Below are positions 18,447-27,877 of a stretch of 64,000 nucleotides of DNA, in pieces. The first letter of the stretch is position 1, and every line of letters starts with the position of its first letter. The translations under genes and the position numbers were made by a program. The notes under the pieces are model-generated. The model did no database searches. It saw nothing but the letters and a program-made list of their open reading frames with translations, and was not told the origin of the DNA. Origin of the DNA: Akkermansiaceae bacterium (lineage in GTDB: Bacteria > Verrucomicrobiota > Verrucomicrobiia > Verrucomicrobiales > Akkermansiaceae); NCBI GenBank assembly GCA_051251915.1, contig JBPOGF010000012.1:64001-128000 (forward strand), in the 5' to 3' direction.

Positions 18447-21400
18447 TTAGTGCATGTTGATCGTTGCTCTACCGACATTAGTCGCTCCTGGCATTGCCGG
18501 GTTCGGGTTCTTCACACGTGCCATGTATGATGTTCTAGGTCGTGTTCCGATGTAGTTTAGTAGATCATATGTCCGTGGGTTCTTGAACTCACCTTGCACG
18601 TGTGCAGGTAAGTTTTGATCCTCGTCCCTGAGTGCTTTCGTCTTCTGGATGTCATCCTTCTTATTGAGAAGATTACCAAATACGATAGCTCCAGCGCCAC
18701 AGGCGTCCTGACAGGCTACGGTCACACTATTTGCAGGTGACATGAGCATCTCGTGATTCACTTTAAATTCTGTTGATGGCTTACCAGACTTCTGAACGCC
18801 GCGCTTCACATTTTGCTTCGCTTCGATCTTAGCTGCTGACAGACGCTGAACACAGTAGGTGCACTTCTCCATCACACCACGCATACGAACTGAAACATTC
18901 GGATTGCGCTGTAGTGACTTAGCATCACCTTCTTGCTTCTCACCAAATGGTCCTTTGTAAAGGTTCTTGTGCAGAAGCGGGTTGCGCTTGTTGTAGTCAA
19001 AGAAATTGAATCGTCTTGCTTTGTATGGGCAGTTATTCGCACAGTAACGAGTTCCGATACAACGGTTATAAGCCATTGAGTTCAATCCGTCTTCTGTGTG
19101 AACAGTAGCATTCACAGGGCAAACAGTCTCACATGGAGCACTCTCACACTGCACACAAGCTACCGGGTTAGGAATCATCTCAAGTGGCTTGTCCCAATCT
19201 TCTGATGGGTTAGTAGCTACATGTTCATGATCGCCATGTCCGTGATCCTGAGTCTCAGCAAAATAACGATCCATTCTGATCCAGTGCATTTCGCGACCCA
19301 TGGCCACTTGCACTTTGCCTACTACAGGAATGTTATTCTCAGCCTGACAAGCTACCAAACAGGCATTACAACCTGTGCATGTGCTAAGATCAATAGACAT
19401 CGCCCACTGGTGTGACTTATCCCAAAGGTGAATACGGTCTTTGCCGTCTTCCCCTTTAGCATTACTTACTGGCTTGTATTGATCCACATTCTGCGGAGCG
19501 TGTGAGTCCATACCATGCTTTCTAACTTTAGAAAGTTGCTCTTTGTAATCCTTCTGGTGATCGTGACCATCCGGCTCAGTTGGCATTGTTGAAATTTCAC
19601 GAGCAAGCGCACGTCCATACATTGAATGGTGCTCCTGTGTTCTCGCTAGCTTATAGCGTTTGGATTCTACTTTACCCATGGAAATCCCACCAGCGTAGTA
19701 GTCACTAGTTCCAGCACTTCTCAGTGTGTATGCATTGAATCCAGTGTTCACACCTACTGATGAAACATTTGCTGAATTCACTGTATAATCAGAAACTCCA
19801 CCTTTAAAATTATCTTCCCAGTGTTTATCGTAACCTTGACCATAACCAAGTGGTAATGAAATCACGTTATCAGCCATGCCGAATGCTACGATAACCACAG
19901 CCTCCACCATCTGATCCCCTACTTTCAATTCAACCATTGGGCCATATAAACTTGGACCCTCACCGTCTTCAGAGACTGATGTAGTTTTCACATCGGTGCC
20001 AGTGGCTATACCGAGGCTAGCCCACCATGCTTTCTCAGCTTTCTCAAGCTCAACAATATCTTCGTAAAGGCCTAAATCTTGCGCAGTCTTTGGTGACATA
20101 TAAACCGCATTATCCCAAGTCAGTTTAGAAATCGGATCTGGCGCCTCTTGGAGCCAGGCGTTGTTCACATAGCGTCCATCAAGAACTGCATAGTCAGTAG
20201 CAAATACGATATCCGGCTTAGTTGCACTTGCAGGCTCAGCTTCTTCCTTTAGAGAAACACTAGGAGCCGCACCTGCTGATGCTAATTCGTATTGATAATC
20301 TGCATTAAAACCAGTTCTTAAAAGTGTGTTCCAGTCAGCCTGTTTAGCTGCCTTACTGCCACCTTTTTTGACCTGCGCACCAAACACGCTCTTCACTACA
20401 TCATATGCTGGCGAAACCGCGCTTGCGTCAGATGAATCATGGAGTGAAACCTTATCACCCGTGAGTGCCACAAGTAACTCAAACTCCTGGATTCCACCGT
20501 AAAGCGGAAGAATCATTGGCTGAACAATCGTGTAAAGCCCTTCATCACCAGAGAATCCGTCACCCCAGCTCTCAAGATAATGGGCAGCAGGAATGTGAAG
20601 CGTAGCAGCATTTGCTGACGCATTAGTTTGGTCACCCCAGTGAATTACCTTCTTATCAGCCACCACATCAGTGAATGATTTCCCACCAATAGTAGGATTC
20701 TCATAAAACGGGTTAGCCTGTGAAACAAGAATCACTGTCTCAAGTGAACCCGCTTCCTTCGCAAAATCTTCGATCGTCCCCAAATCAGCGTGCTGCTTAC
20801 CCTTACGCGCAACAAGAACGCCTGCTGAATATGCACCGATCGCCTTATTGATGAGATATACCACATCATGAAGCTCTTTAGCATAACGGCTACCGAGAAG
20901 AATCACACCTCCTCCAGCCTTAAGATCATCAAAACACTTCTTAGCCCAATCAAGCTTCTTACCAGTGAACGCCTTAGTTGGTGCTGCTCCCACACCAGCA
21001 AAACTAGCAAGCTGGCTAATGAATCTCCCCATCTGACTCGGAGCCAATGGCGCACGGTGATCAGCCATACCACCTGTTACAGAGTAAGTAGGCTCCACAA
21101 CGTAGAGTCGGTTAAGTTGCTTCTCATAAGCTACAGGATCTTCATTGTATCCCGCACCCTCTGGACGACGACGATCATAGAAGCTCTTGACTCCACCTTG
21201 TTTATCTAACTCTAGGAAATCACAATCAAGTGACAAAATCTTACGCGCTTTAGCAAAATCAGCCTTCACCGTAGCATGCTTACCGAAAACACCAGCATCT
21301 GAAGCCTTCTTACCAGCACCAGCAAGTGCTTCATAACTATAGAATTTCGCCCCTGCGTGCCTCGCTTTAATTTTAGCAATCAGATCAGTTCTCGTAAGCG

Positions 21401-21983
21401 AATCGTCTTCACCAAAGATGATTCCGAATTTACCGCTCTTGGTATATTCACCGAGCTTAGCCACTGCGACATCTCGTCCAATAGACTTACCATTTTCAAG
21501 GAAATAACGTGAACGCGCAGGATCATACAAACCTAGAATTGACGCCTGTGTGTGTGAATCCACACCATTAGCACCCGGATTCTGCTTATTTGGCTCCAAC
21601 TTAGTAGGACGACCTTCAAAGTTAGCAGCAACTAAAGGCACAGCACCAGTAGCGCTAGGCATTGAAGTCGCATAGTAAGTTGGCTTACCTGGAATAGTCC
21701 ACTCTACTGAGTCGAGAAACGGAACAATCAAAGACTCAGGTCTGCGGCATGAAGCCAAACCAAGTCCAGCAAGAGCTGTTGACGCCCCCATTAACTTAAG
21801 GAAATCACGACGTGTATTTTCACGATCATCCTCATCACGCATCATTTCAGATGCACGCGGAAACTCTTTATCCACCCATTGACGCAAGCCAGGTGTATCT
21901 TCTAGTTCTCCGGCGCTGCGCCATACCTTAGTTCCGCGTTCCTCAACAGGAACGTCTGGGTGATGCCATTTGCGTTTGCTCAT
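18447..21983 (-). CDS. actB: Alternative complex III subunit B (Mo-enzyme-like scaffold fused to Fe-S domain)
   Basis: Tat motif TRRDFLK and LASC; CTGCNACLVAC, CVQCESAPCETVCP, CIGTRYCANNCP, CTYC. Confidence 0.95.
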   Translation of the reverse strand: MSKRKWHHPDVPVEERGTKVWRSAGELEDTPGLRQWVDKEFPRASEMMRDEDDRENTRRDFLKLMGASTALAGLGLASCRRPESLIVPFLDSVEWTIPGKPTYYATSMPSATGAVPLVAANFEGRPTKLEPNKQNPGANGVDSHTQASILGLYDPARSRYFLENGKSIGRDVAVAKLGEYTKSGKFGIIFGEDDSLTRTDLIAKIKARHAGAKFYSYEALAGAGKKASDAGVFGKHATVKADFAKARKILSLDCDFLELDKQGGVKSFYDRRRPEGAGYNEDPVAYEKQLNRLYVVEPTYSVTGGMADHRAPLAPSQMGRFISQLASFAGVGAAPTKAFTGKKLDWAKKCFDDLKAGGGVILLGSRYAKELHDVVYLINKAIGAYSAGVLVARKGKQHADLGTIEDFAKEAGSLETVILVSQANPFYENPTIGGKSFTDVVADKKVIHWGDQTNASANAATLHIPAAHYLESWGDGFSGDEGLYTIVQPMILPLYGGIQEFELLVALTGDKVSLHDSSDASAVSPAYDVVKSVFGAQVKKGGSKAAKQADWNTLLRTGFNADYQYELASAGAAPSVSLKEEAEPASATKPDIVFATDYAVLDGRYVNNAWLQEAPDPISKLTWDNAVYMSPKTAQDLGLYEDIVELEKAEKAWWASLGIATGTDVKTTSVSEDGEGPSLYGPMVELKVGDQMVEAVVIVAFGMADNVISLPLGYGQGYDKHWEDNFKGGVSDYTVNSANVSSVGVNTGFNAYTLRSAGTSDYYAGGISMGKVESKRYKLARTQEHHSMYGRALAREISTMPTEPDGHDHQKDYKEQLSKVRKHGMDSHAPQNVDQYKPVSNAKGEDGKDRIHLWDKSHQWAMSIDLSTCTGCNACLVACQAENNIPVVGKVQVAMGREMHWIRMDRYFAETQDHGHGDHEHVATNPSEDWDKPLEMIPNPVACVQCESAPCETVCPVNATVHTEDGLNSMAYNRCIGTRYCANNCPYKARRFNFFDYNKRNPLLHKNLYKGPFGEKQEGDAKSLQRNPNVSVRMRGVMEKCTYCVQRLSAAKIEAKQNVKRGVQKSGKPSTEFKVNHEMLMSPANSVTVACQDACGAGAIVFGNLLNKKDDIQKTKALRDEDQNLPAHVQGEFKNPRTYDLLNYIGTRPRTSYMARVKNPNPAMPGATNVGRATINMH

Positions 21984-22021
21984 TTCTGACGAAAAGTTAA
22001 ATTTAAATTAGTTGTGAAAAA

Positions 22022-22765
22022 TTATCTGTGACAAGTGAAGCAGCTCTCCTTAGGCTGCACATTCCAGTGATCCTTAAGCATCAAGCCCATTGCCTTCTGC
22101 GCGTCATCGCTATCTGTAAGCTCGAGATCTAAATCTTTATCCTCAATATAGCTAGCCACCTTATCAGCAGCAGTTGGATTCTTACTCATGTAATCAGACG
22201 CGCTGTATTTCAGATTGAACACTTCCTCAAGAGGACGAAGCGCATCTTCTGGATTTCTGTGGCACTCGATACACATCCCCATGCTGAGATTCTTAGCGTG
22301 ATAAACTACAGGCATCTCATCCACCTGACCGTGACACTCTACACATGACACCCCACGCCCGAGGTGAGCCGAGTGATCAAAGAAAACATAATCAGGCGCC
22401 TTATGAATACGCACCCACTGAATAGGCTTACCACTCTCGATCGCATCGAAAAGCGGAGCTAACCTCTCACTGTCAGATTTGATACCGCCCTTTACGTGAC
22501 AGTTAGCACAAGTATTCGCAGTCGGCACGTTAGCCTGACCTGATTTCTCAACAAAACTATGACAATGACGACAGTCCAACCCTAACTGAGTCACATGAAG
22601 TTCGTGGTCATACGGGATCGGCTGATCCGGCATATACCCAACCCTCTGAGCCTTAGGAGTTGCGTAATAAGTGAATGCGGTAACTACGCCAATCGCAAGC
22701 GCGCCAATGCAGATCGCGATTTTCAGCGGTAGTATATTTGTCCAACGAGGAAAGTAATTAGCCAT
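22022..22765 (-). CDS. actA: Alternative complex III subunit A, pentaheme cytochrome c
   Basis: N-terminal TM and five CxxCH (CRHCH, CANCH, CVECH, CIECH, CFTCH). Confidence 0.95.
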   Translation of the reverse strand: MANYFPRWTNILPLKIAICIGALAIGVVTAFTYYATPKAQRVGYMPDQPIPYDHELHVTQLGLDCRHCHSFVEKSGQANVPTANTCANCHVKGGIKSDSERLAPLFDAIESGKPIQWVRIHKAPDYVFFDHSAHLGRGVSCVECHGQVDEMPVVYHAKNLSMGMCIECHRNPEDALRPLEEVFNLKYSASDYMSKNPTAADKVASYIEDKDLDLELTDSDDAQKAMGLMLKDHWNVQPKESCFTCHR

Positions 22766-22798
22766 GAATTGTAGTGCTTAGATGCGGTGCTTGTATAC

Positions 22799-22820
22799 GC
22801 TTGTGAAATTTTTCACAAGC
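22799..22820. promoter_or_regulatory. Rex-type operator palindrome in actA leader
   Basis: GCTTGTGAAATTTTTCACAAGC; core matches TTGTGAA-N4-TTCACAA (also fits TGTGA-N6-TCACA). Confidence 0.75.
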
Positions 22821-22849
22821 TTAATCTTAAGATATTTCTTGGGGGAACT

Positions 22850-22877
22850 AGTATGGAAATCTAACCAACTCTGGCAA
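22850..22877 (-). promoter_or_regulatory. Putative sigma70 promoter of the ACIII-oxidase operon
   Basis: TTGCCA-16 bp-CATACT on minus strand. Confidence 0.55.
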
Positions 22878-22969
22878 CCCGAAAATGGACATCCTCTCAT
22901 TTTTTTCCCAACCAACTACAAAAATAATTTGCAAAGCCTTAATTTGGAGGGGTGAGCAGAACTTCCCTA

Positions 22970-23006
22970 TAAAAAAAATAACCTGTCATAACAAATGATG
23001 ACAGGT
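22970..23006 (-). terminator. Intrinsic terminator of the membrane-protein pair
   Basis: ACCTGTCAT/ATGACAGGT stem followed by T-run on minus strand. Confidence 0.75.
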
Positions 23007-23029
23007 CATGAATAAATAAACTTTATTGC

Positions 23030-23494
23030 TTAAAACATTCTAGCAATAGATGGAACAAAGAGCCCCAATATAGCCATTACCAACCCAATCAGGGTTAAAA
23101 TGCCCGCTAGCTTCCAAAATTTCATTTGATACAAAATAGCCGTCTCAAGATCTGCAGGATTACGGCTTATTTCTGTTCTTGTAATAGCTCCAGAATATTT
23201 TGAGAGACTATTTGCGAGCAAAAATACCACCACTGTCATGACAATCATCAATAACAGGCCTATAATCGCAAATCCTCCTACTTGACCAACTACAGCAAGC
23301 ATACCAAATGTACCCAGCACCATTATTGCAAAATAAATAAAACCTAAGACACTCATAAATCGAACCCAGCCCCTGGATGCGTAGAGATGCGATTGAGCAA
23401 TACTTGTAGCCGATATACCTCGGACTCCTTGTTCCGACTGGAACAGATTTCCTCCAGACCCTAGAGGTTGATTTTGTTGATAAGGATTTTCCAT
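23030..23494 (-). CDS. DUF5362-like three-TM protein (paralogue 2)
   Basis: NPY start motif, WVRFMSVLGFI, KYS.AI, KFWKLAGI. Confidence 0.75.
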   Translation of the reverse strand: MENPYQQNQPLGSGGNLFQSEQGVRGISATSIAQSHLYASRGWVRFMSVLGFIYFAIMVLGTFGMLAVVGQVGGFAIIGLLLMIVMTVVVFLLANSLSKYSGAITRTEISRNPADLETAILYQMKFWKLAGILTLIGLVMAILGLFVPSIARMF

Positions 23495-23524
23495 AATTTC
23501 TGTGTGTTTAAATTTTTATTAATT

Positions 23525-23983
23525 TTAAGCTATCGTACTAAAACCAATGATCATACCCAATAACATGAGACCAAACATTACAATGACAACGATACCTGCT
23601 AGTCTCCAAAATTTAGTATGAACCTCCATCGCACGCTCCAAATCTTGATTATTAGCGGACCCCTCTAACCTCCCAATCGCTTTACCATACTGAACTAACC
23701 GCAGCGCTAAAATAACCTGAATCACGATCATCACCAGAGGTATTATCCAAGCCACAAAGAACCCCGCTGGCGCACCAGAAGGCATCTGCGACCCCATGAA
23801 AACCATGCCTATAAGATTAATGGCTATCGTAATAAGCATAGTAATGCCAACAAGAGACACCCAAAACTTAGTACTTATCAGCGAAGATAAAGCCACCGCT
23901 GTAACAGGCATTTCTGCAGAAGGATCGCTGTGTCCTTGCTGAGTTGCTTGTCCAGCCTCATACGGATTGATTTGTTGTTCCAT
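23525..23983 (-). CDS. DUF5362-like three-TM protein (paralogue 1)
   Basis: NPY, WVSLVGI, QYG.AI, KFWRLAGI; clearly similar to neighbour. Confidence 0.75.
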   Translation of the reverse strand: MEQQINPYEAGQATQQGHSDPSAEMPVTAVALSSLISTKFWVSLVGITMLITIAINLIGMVFMGSQMPSGAPAGFFVAWIIPLVMIVIQVILALRLVQYGKAIGRLEGSANNQDLERAMEVHTKFWRLAGIVVIVMFGLMLLGMIIGFSTIA

Positions 23984-24109
23984 AGCTTATTTTTATGCCA
24001 CTCATAAAATCTTGTCAACTCTATGATACATTTACCTGGTATAGCAATTTACACCACCACCTAAAAAAGTATTGGCGCAAATACCACATTCCTGATTATT
24101 ACTAACCCC

Positions 24110-24964
24110 ATGAAAGGCCTTATTCTCAAAATTGACTGCCCAGATCAACACGGCATCGTGGCAAAAATAGCTTCATACGTAGCAGACTACGCAGGAAATC
24201 TCATCGAACTCTCACAGTTCACTGACTCACCCAATGAAAAATTCTTCGCCCGCGTCGAAATAGACACTACAAATCTTTCTGTAGACATCGATGACTTCAT
24301 CAATGGCTTCAAAACGCTAGGAAAATCACTCCACGCCACATGGCATTTCCGAGAGCAACCCTACAAAATGAGAGCAGCAGTCCTCGTCACTAAGACTGAT
24401 CACTGCCTAAACGAAATCCTCTGGCGCACTAAATTAGGTGAAATGCCAATCGAAATCACCTCCATCATCGGCAACCGTAAAACCTGTCAAGCCATTGCCG
24501 AAAACGCCGGTATCCCATTCCATCATATAGAAATGGATGGCGATAAAAAAGCCGATGGTTTTAAGCAAATTCGAGAACTTCTCATCGAACAAAAAGTCGA
24601 ACTCACCGTCCTCGCCCGATTCATGCAGATCCTCCCCGATTGGTTCTGCCAAGAATTCAGCGGCAAGATCATCAACATCCACCACTCTTTTCTTCCAGCA
24701 TTCATCGGAGCCAACCCATACCGCCAAGCCTACGAACGCGGAGTCAAATTCATTGGCGCCACCTGCCACTACGTCACTGCCGACCTCGATGCAGGCCCCA
24801 TCATCGAACAAGAAGTTAAACGCGTCCAGCACTTCCATACAGCCCAAGACCTCATGCGCCTAGGACGCGACAGTGAACGCGACGCATTAGCCAGAGGCAT
24901 TCGCTACCACGTCAACGACCGCACCATCATCCACAATAACCGAGCCATCGTATTCCCAGACTAA
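24110..24964 (+). CDS. purU: Formyltetrahydrofolate deformylase
   Basis: ACT domain CPDQHGIVA, LARFMQIL, INIHHSFLPAF.GANPY, GATCHYV, LDAGPIIEQ. Confidence 0.96.
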   Translation: MKGLILKIDCPDQHGIVAKIASYVADYAGNLIELSQFTDSPNEKFFARVEIDTTNLSVDIDDFINGFKTLGKSLHATWHFREQPYKMRAAVLVTKTDHCLNEILWRTKLGEMPIEITSIIGNRKTCQAIAENAGIPFHHIEMDGDKKADGFKQIRELLIEQKVELTVLARFMQILPDWFCQEFSGKIINIHHSFLPAFIGANPYRQAYERGVKFIGATCHYVTADLDAGPIIEQEVKRVQHFHTAQDLMRLGRDSERDALARGIRYHVNDRTIIHNNRAIVFPD

Positions 24965-25054
24965 AGGACCTTAAAGCAATACACCCCTAGACAAAACACA
25001 ACTCACTCTACAACAGACTGCAACAACCTAAATTACAGCACTTGGAATTTTAAG

Positions 25055-25082
25055 TTGCGTTAATCTAATAATTCTGTATATT
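25055..25082 (+). promoter_or_regulatory. Putative sigma70 promoter of sRNA copy 1
   Basis: TTGCGT-16 bp-TATATT. Confidence 0.55.
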
Positions 25083-25088
25083 TAAGGA

Positions 25089-25170
25089 GTCTTAATTTTC
25101 ATTAAGGTATTATATATTATCGGGGGATAATTAAAAGCCTCATTCCTTTCTAGGAATGAGGCTCATTTTT
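25089..25170 (+). ncRNA. Candidate sibling sRNA copy 1 (5' end estimated)
   Basis: -10 box, hairpin CTTAAT/ATTAAG, hairpin ATTATC-GGGG-GATAAT, terminator AGCCTCATTCC/GGAATGAGGCT + T-run. Confidence 0.65.
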
Positions 25171-25362
25171 GCCCGGAAACACCAGATCCGCCTCTCCCTC
25201 CTCGAGATCATTCATTTCCTGCTACAACCCCAGACTTTACTAAATTCTCTTTATTCTCCCCCACCCTCACTAAACATCAGACTTCAGAACAAAATCTAAG
25301 CTCGCAAAATCATCATGCGCAAATGGGATAGTATTAAGTAGGTTATTCTGTATATTTAAGGA

Positions 25363-25445
25363 GTCTTAATTTTCATTAAGGTATTATATATTATCGGGGG
25401 ATAATTAAAAGCCTCATTCCTTTCTAGGAATGAGGCTCATTTTTT
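25363..25445 (+). ncRNA. Candidate sibling sRNA copy 2 (5' end estimated)
   Basis: Identical to copy 1. Confidence 0.65.
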
Positions 25446-25643
25446 CAGCAAACACCGCCCCACCCCCACTCACCTTCAGACCATTCATTCAAGAGCGAAA
25501 AACCCACAATCTACCACACTCGCTCTAACCTCCCCCCCCTCCAAAACTCACCAAACAACACTTGAATCAATAGCTCCTCAGCTAATAAAATTAACATGCG
25601 CAAATAGGATATTATTAAAATGAATATTCACTACCCTCTAGTT

Positions 25644-25721
25644 TCCTTAATTCTCATTAAGGTTTTATATTATCGGGGGATAATTAACAGCCTCATTCCT
25701 TTCAAGGGATGAGGCTATTTT
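25644..25721 (+). ncRNA. Candidate sibling sRNA copy 3 (5' end estimated)
   Basis: Same three hairpins; substitutions fall in loops or linkers, or keep pairing. Confidence 0.6.
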
Positions 25722-25724
25722 AAC

Positions 25725-26651
25725 CTAACATCCTCCAATACAGCTACATATCCTCGCATAAAGCACCTCCAACCTCGGAACTGGAACACCTTTTTCATGA
25801 GCCCGCCTAAGCGGCTCCCCCCAGATTACATCCACCTCTACAGGTAAGCCAGCCACAAAATCGATCATACTCGACGGCTTGTACGCCCCCATCGGTCGCG
25901 TAATTTCTATTTGATGATCGATAAAAGACCCCTCAATATGATGACCAAACGCAGCAGCACAACTCACTACCTCAGCCATCAAAGCACGAAGCTCATTCTC
26001 CAACCTTAATTCACCTAACATCATCTCGGTATCCACCCCTCCCTCCGCAATAGCCAAGCCATTAAACGGAATATTCCACACCAATTTCATCCATTGAGCC
26101 TTCTCAAGCGACTCAACCCACTCACAAGGAAATCCAGCAGCATTACATACCCCCACAAACCCAGCTGGACATATGGCCTCAGCGTAAGCACCCAACCTAA
26201 TTAAACCAGAAGCAGTGTGATGCACATGGCCTGGGGCAACACGATTTATACACACAAAACACAACCCACCAAACACTCGATGAGCTCCGAACAACTCAGC
26301 ATAAAACTCACAATTCCCCAACCCATTCTGCAACACCAAAATCTGAGTATCCGCACCAATCAACGGAGTAACAACCTCCTTAGCCAAATGATTAGCGGTC
26401 GCCTTCCACGCAATGATCACCAGATCAACTTCACCAATGTCAGAGGTAAGTTTTTCACATCTTACATCCTCTAACAAAAAATCTCCATCCACACTCTCAA
26501 CACATAACCCATTCTCCCTCACATAATCAAAATCACTCCGCAACAGAAAGCGCACATCCTCACCTGCCGCAGCCAATCGAGCGCCATAGTAAATACCTAT
26601 AGCGCCAGAACCAACCACCGCAACCCTGCCCAATCTCCCAGAACCCCTCAT
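25725..26651 (-). CDS. panE: 2-dehydropantoate 2-reductase (ApbA/PanE family)
   Basis: GSGAIG, LQNGLG, WMKLVWN, SSM..D, E. Confidence 0.9.
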   Translation of the reverse strand: MRGSGRLGRVAVVGSGAIGIYYGARLAAAGEDVRFLLRSDFDYVRENGLCVESVDGDFLLEDVRCEKLTSDIGEVDLVIIAWKATANHLAKEVVTPLIGADTQILVLQNGLGNCEFYAELFGAHRVFGGLCFVCINRVAPGHVHHTASGLIRLGAYAEAICPAGFVGVCNAAGFPCEWVESLEKAQWMKLVWNIPFNGLAIAEGGVDTEMMLGELRLENELRALMAEVVSCAAAFGHHIEGSFIDHQIEITRPMGAYKPSSMIDFVAGLPVEVDVIWGEPLRRAHEKGVPVPRLEVLYARICSCIGGC

Positions 26652-26668
26652 GATCTAGCCTCCAGACA

Positions 26669-27727
26669 CTAAAGCTCCCAGTCACCTTTATCCAGGCCAC
26701 AGACGCAAGCCGCTAGCAACTGAATACAATGATCAATGTCTTTTGTATGAGCCATCTCAATCGATTGATGAATATAACGCGTAGGAATTGAAATAGCACC
26801 CGCTATAGAACCACCCGGCACCATTCGCTGAAGCGCCGCCGTGTCAGTACCCCCAGCAGGAAGCACCTCTGGCTGCCACTTGATCTTATTCTCCTTAGCC
26901 ATCTTCTTCATAAATGCAACCATCCGATAATCACAGATTGTAGAACTATCCATGATCTTAATCGCCGCACCCTCACCCAACTGCGTAATCATATCCTGAG
27001 CCGGTACACCTGGAGTGTCACACGCCAGAGTAGTATCTAATCCAAAACCAAAATCCGGCTCCACTTGCAACGCTGACACATTTGCCCCGCGAAGCCCCAC
27101 TTCCTCCTGAACCGTAAATGCAGCATAAAAGTCATAAGTCGGCTTAACACCACTCTCCTTGATCACCTTCAACGTCTCCAGCAGCACATAAACCGACACT
27201 CGGTTATCCAGCGACTTAACATTCACACAATCACCCAACTCAACAAGCTCACGCTCACGAGTGATAGGATTTCCAATTTCAATAACCTTCTCCAGCTGCT
27301 TCTTAGTAAGCCCTGTATCGATAAAGAAATCACTAAGCTCCATCTTCTTACCGCGCTCTTCCGGCTTCATAATATGCACCGGCTTACAACCCATAACCCC
27401 AAGAATATCTTTCTTCCCATGAATGATCACCCGCTGAGCTGTCAGCGTCTTAGGATCAAATCCACCAAGCGGACGAAATCTAACAAACCCCTTATCGTCG
27501 ATATGTGAAACAATAAACCCGATCTCATCCATATGAGCCGCTGCCATCGATTTCATCTCACTACTTTCCCCCTTCTTGAGAGCAATCACATTCCCCATAT
27601 TATCTACCCGGACCTCATCAGCCAGCCCTTTTAGCTCTTTAAGAACCAACTCACGAATTGCAATTTCATACCCAGGAGCACCAGGAGCCTTACATATTTC
27701 ACTCAGTAATTTCACATCGATTGACAT
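26669..27727 (-). CDS. M42 family metallo-aminopeptidase
   Basis: AHMDEIG, SLDNR, QEEVGLRG, GGTD, RYIH; start moved to ATG 27727 (MSIDVKLL). Confidence 0.93.
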   Translation of the reverse strand: MSIDVKLLSEICKAPGAPGYEIAIRELVLKELKGLADEVRVDNMGNVIALKKGESSEMKSMAAAHMDEIGFIVSHIDDKGFVRFRPLGGFDPKTLTAQRVIIHGKKDILGVMGCKPVHIMKPEERGKKMELSDFFIDTGLTKKQLEKVIEIGNPITRERELVELGDCVNVKSLDNRVSVYVLLETLKVIKESGVKPTYDFYAAFTVQEEVGLRGANVSALQVEPDFGFGLDTTLACDTPGVPAQDMITQLGEGAAIKIMDSSTICDYRMVAFMKKMAKENKIKWQPEVLPAGGTDTAALQRMVPGGSIAGAISIPTRYIHQSIEMAHTKDIDHCIQLLAACVCGLDKGDWEL

Positions 27728-27877
27728 GCGACACAAGCTACCCAAACCACCCAAAAGAACAAACGAAAAATCCATCAATCAACCACCATGCAGCTAATAA
27801 ATCATCACGATTAAAGCAACTCATCTTATGAGCAAAGCAGACTTGACCAAGCCCCCTCTCAAACTCAGCATAACCTC

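Larger units (their letters stand above)
25071..25721 (+). repeat. Three tandem ~275-bp units with conserved core
   Basis: 25071-25170 is identical to 25345-25444 (100 bp); diverged third core at 25645-25721. Confidence 0.95.

Noticed and set aside
25150..25500. Type I toxin peptides antisense to the repeats
   Set aside because: Minus-strand mini-ORFs are not hydrophobic and not conserved between units
25071..25721. CRISPR array
   Set aside because: Repeats are 80-100 bp with promoter and terminator, spacers are ~175-200 bp and partly homologous, and there are no cas genes
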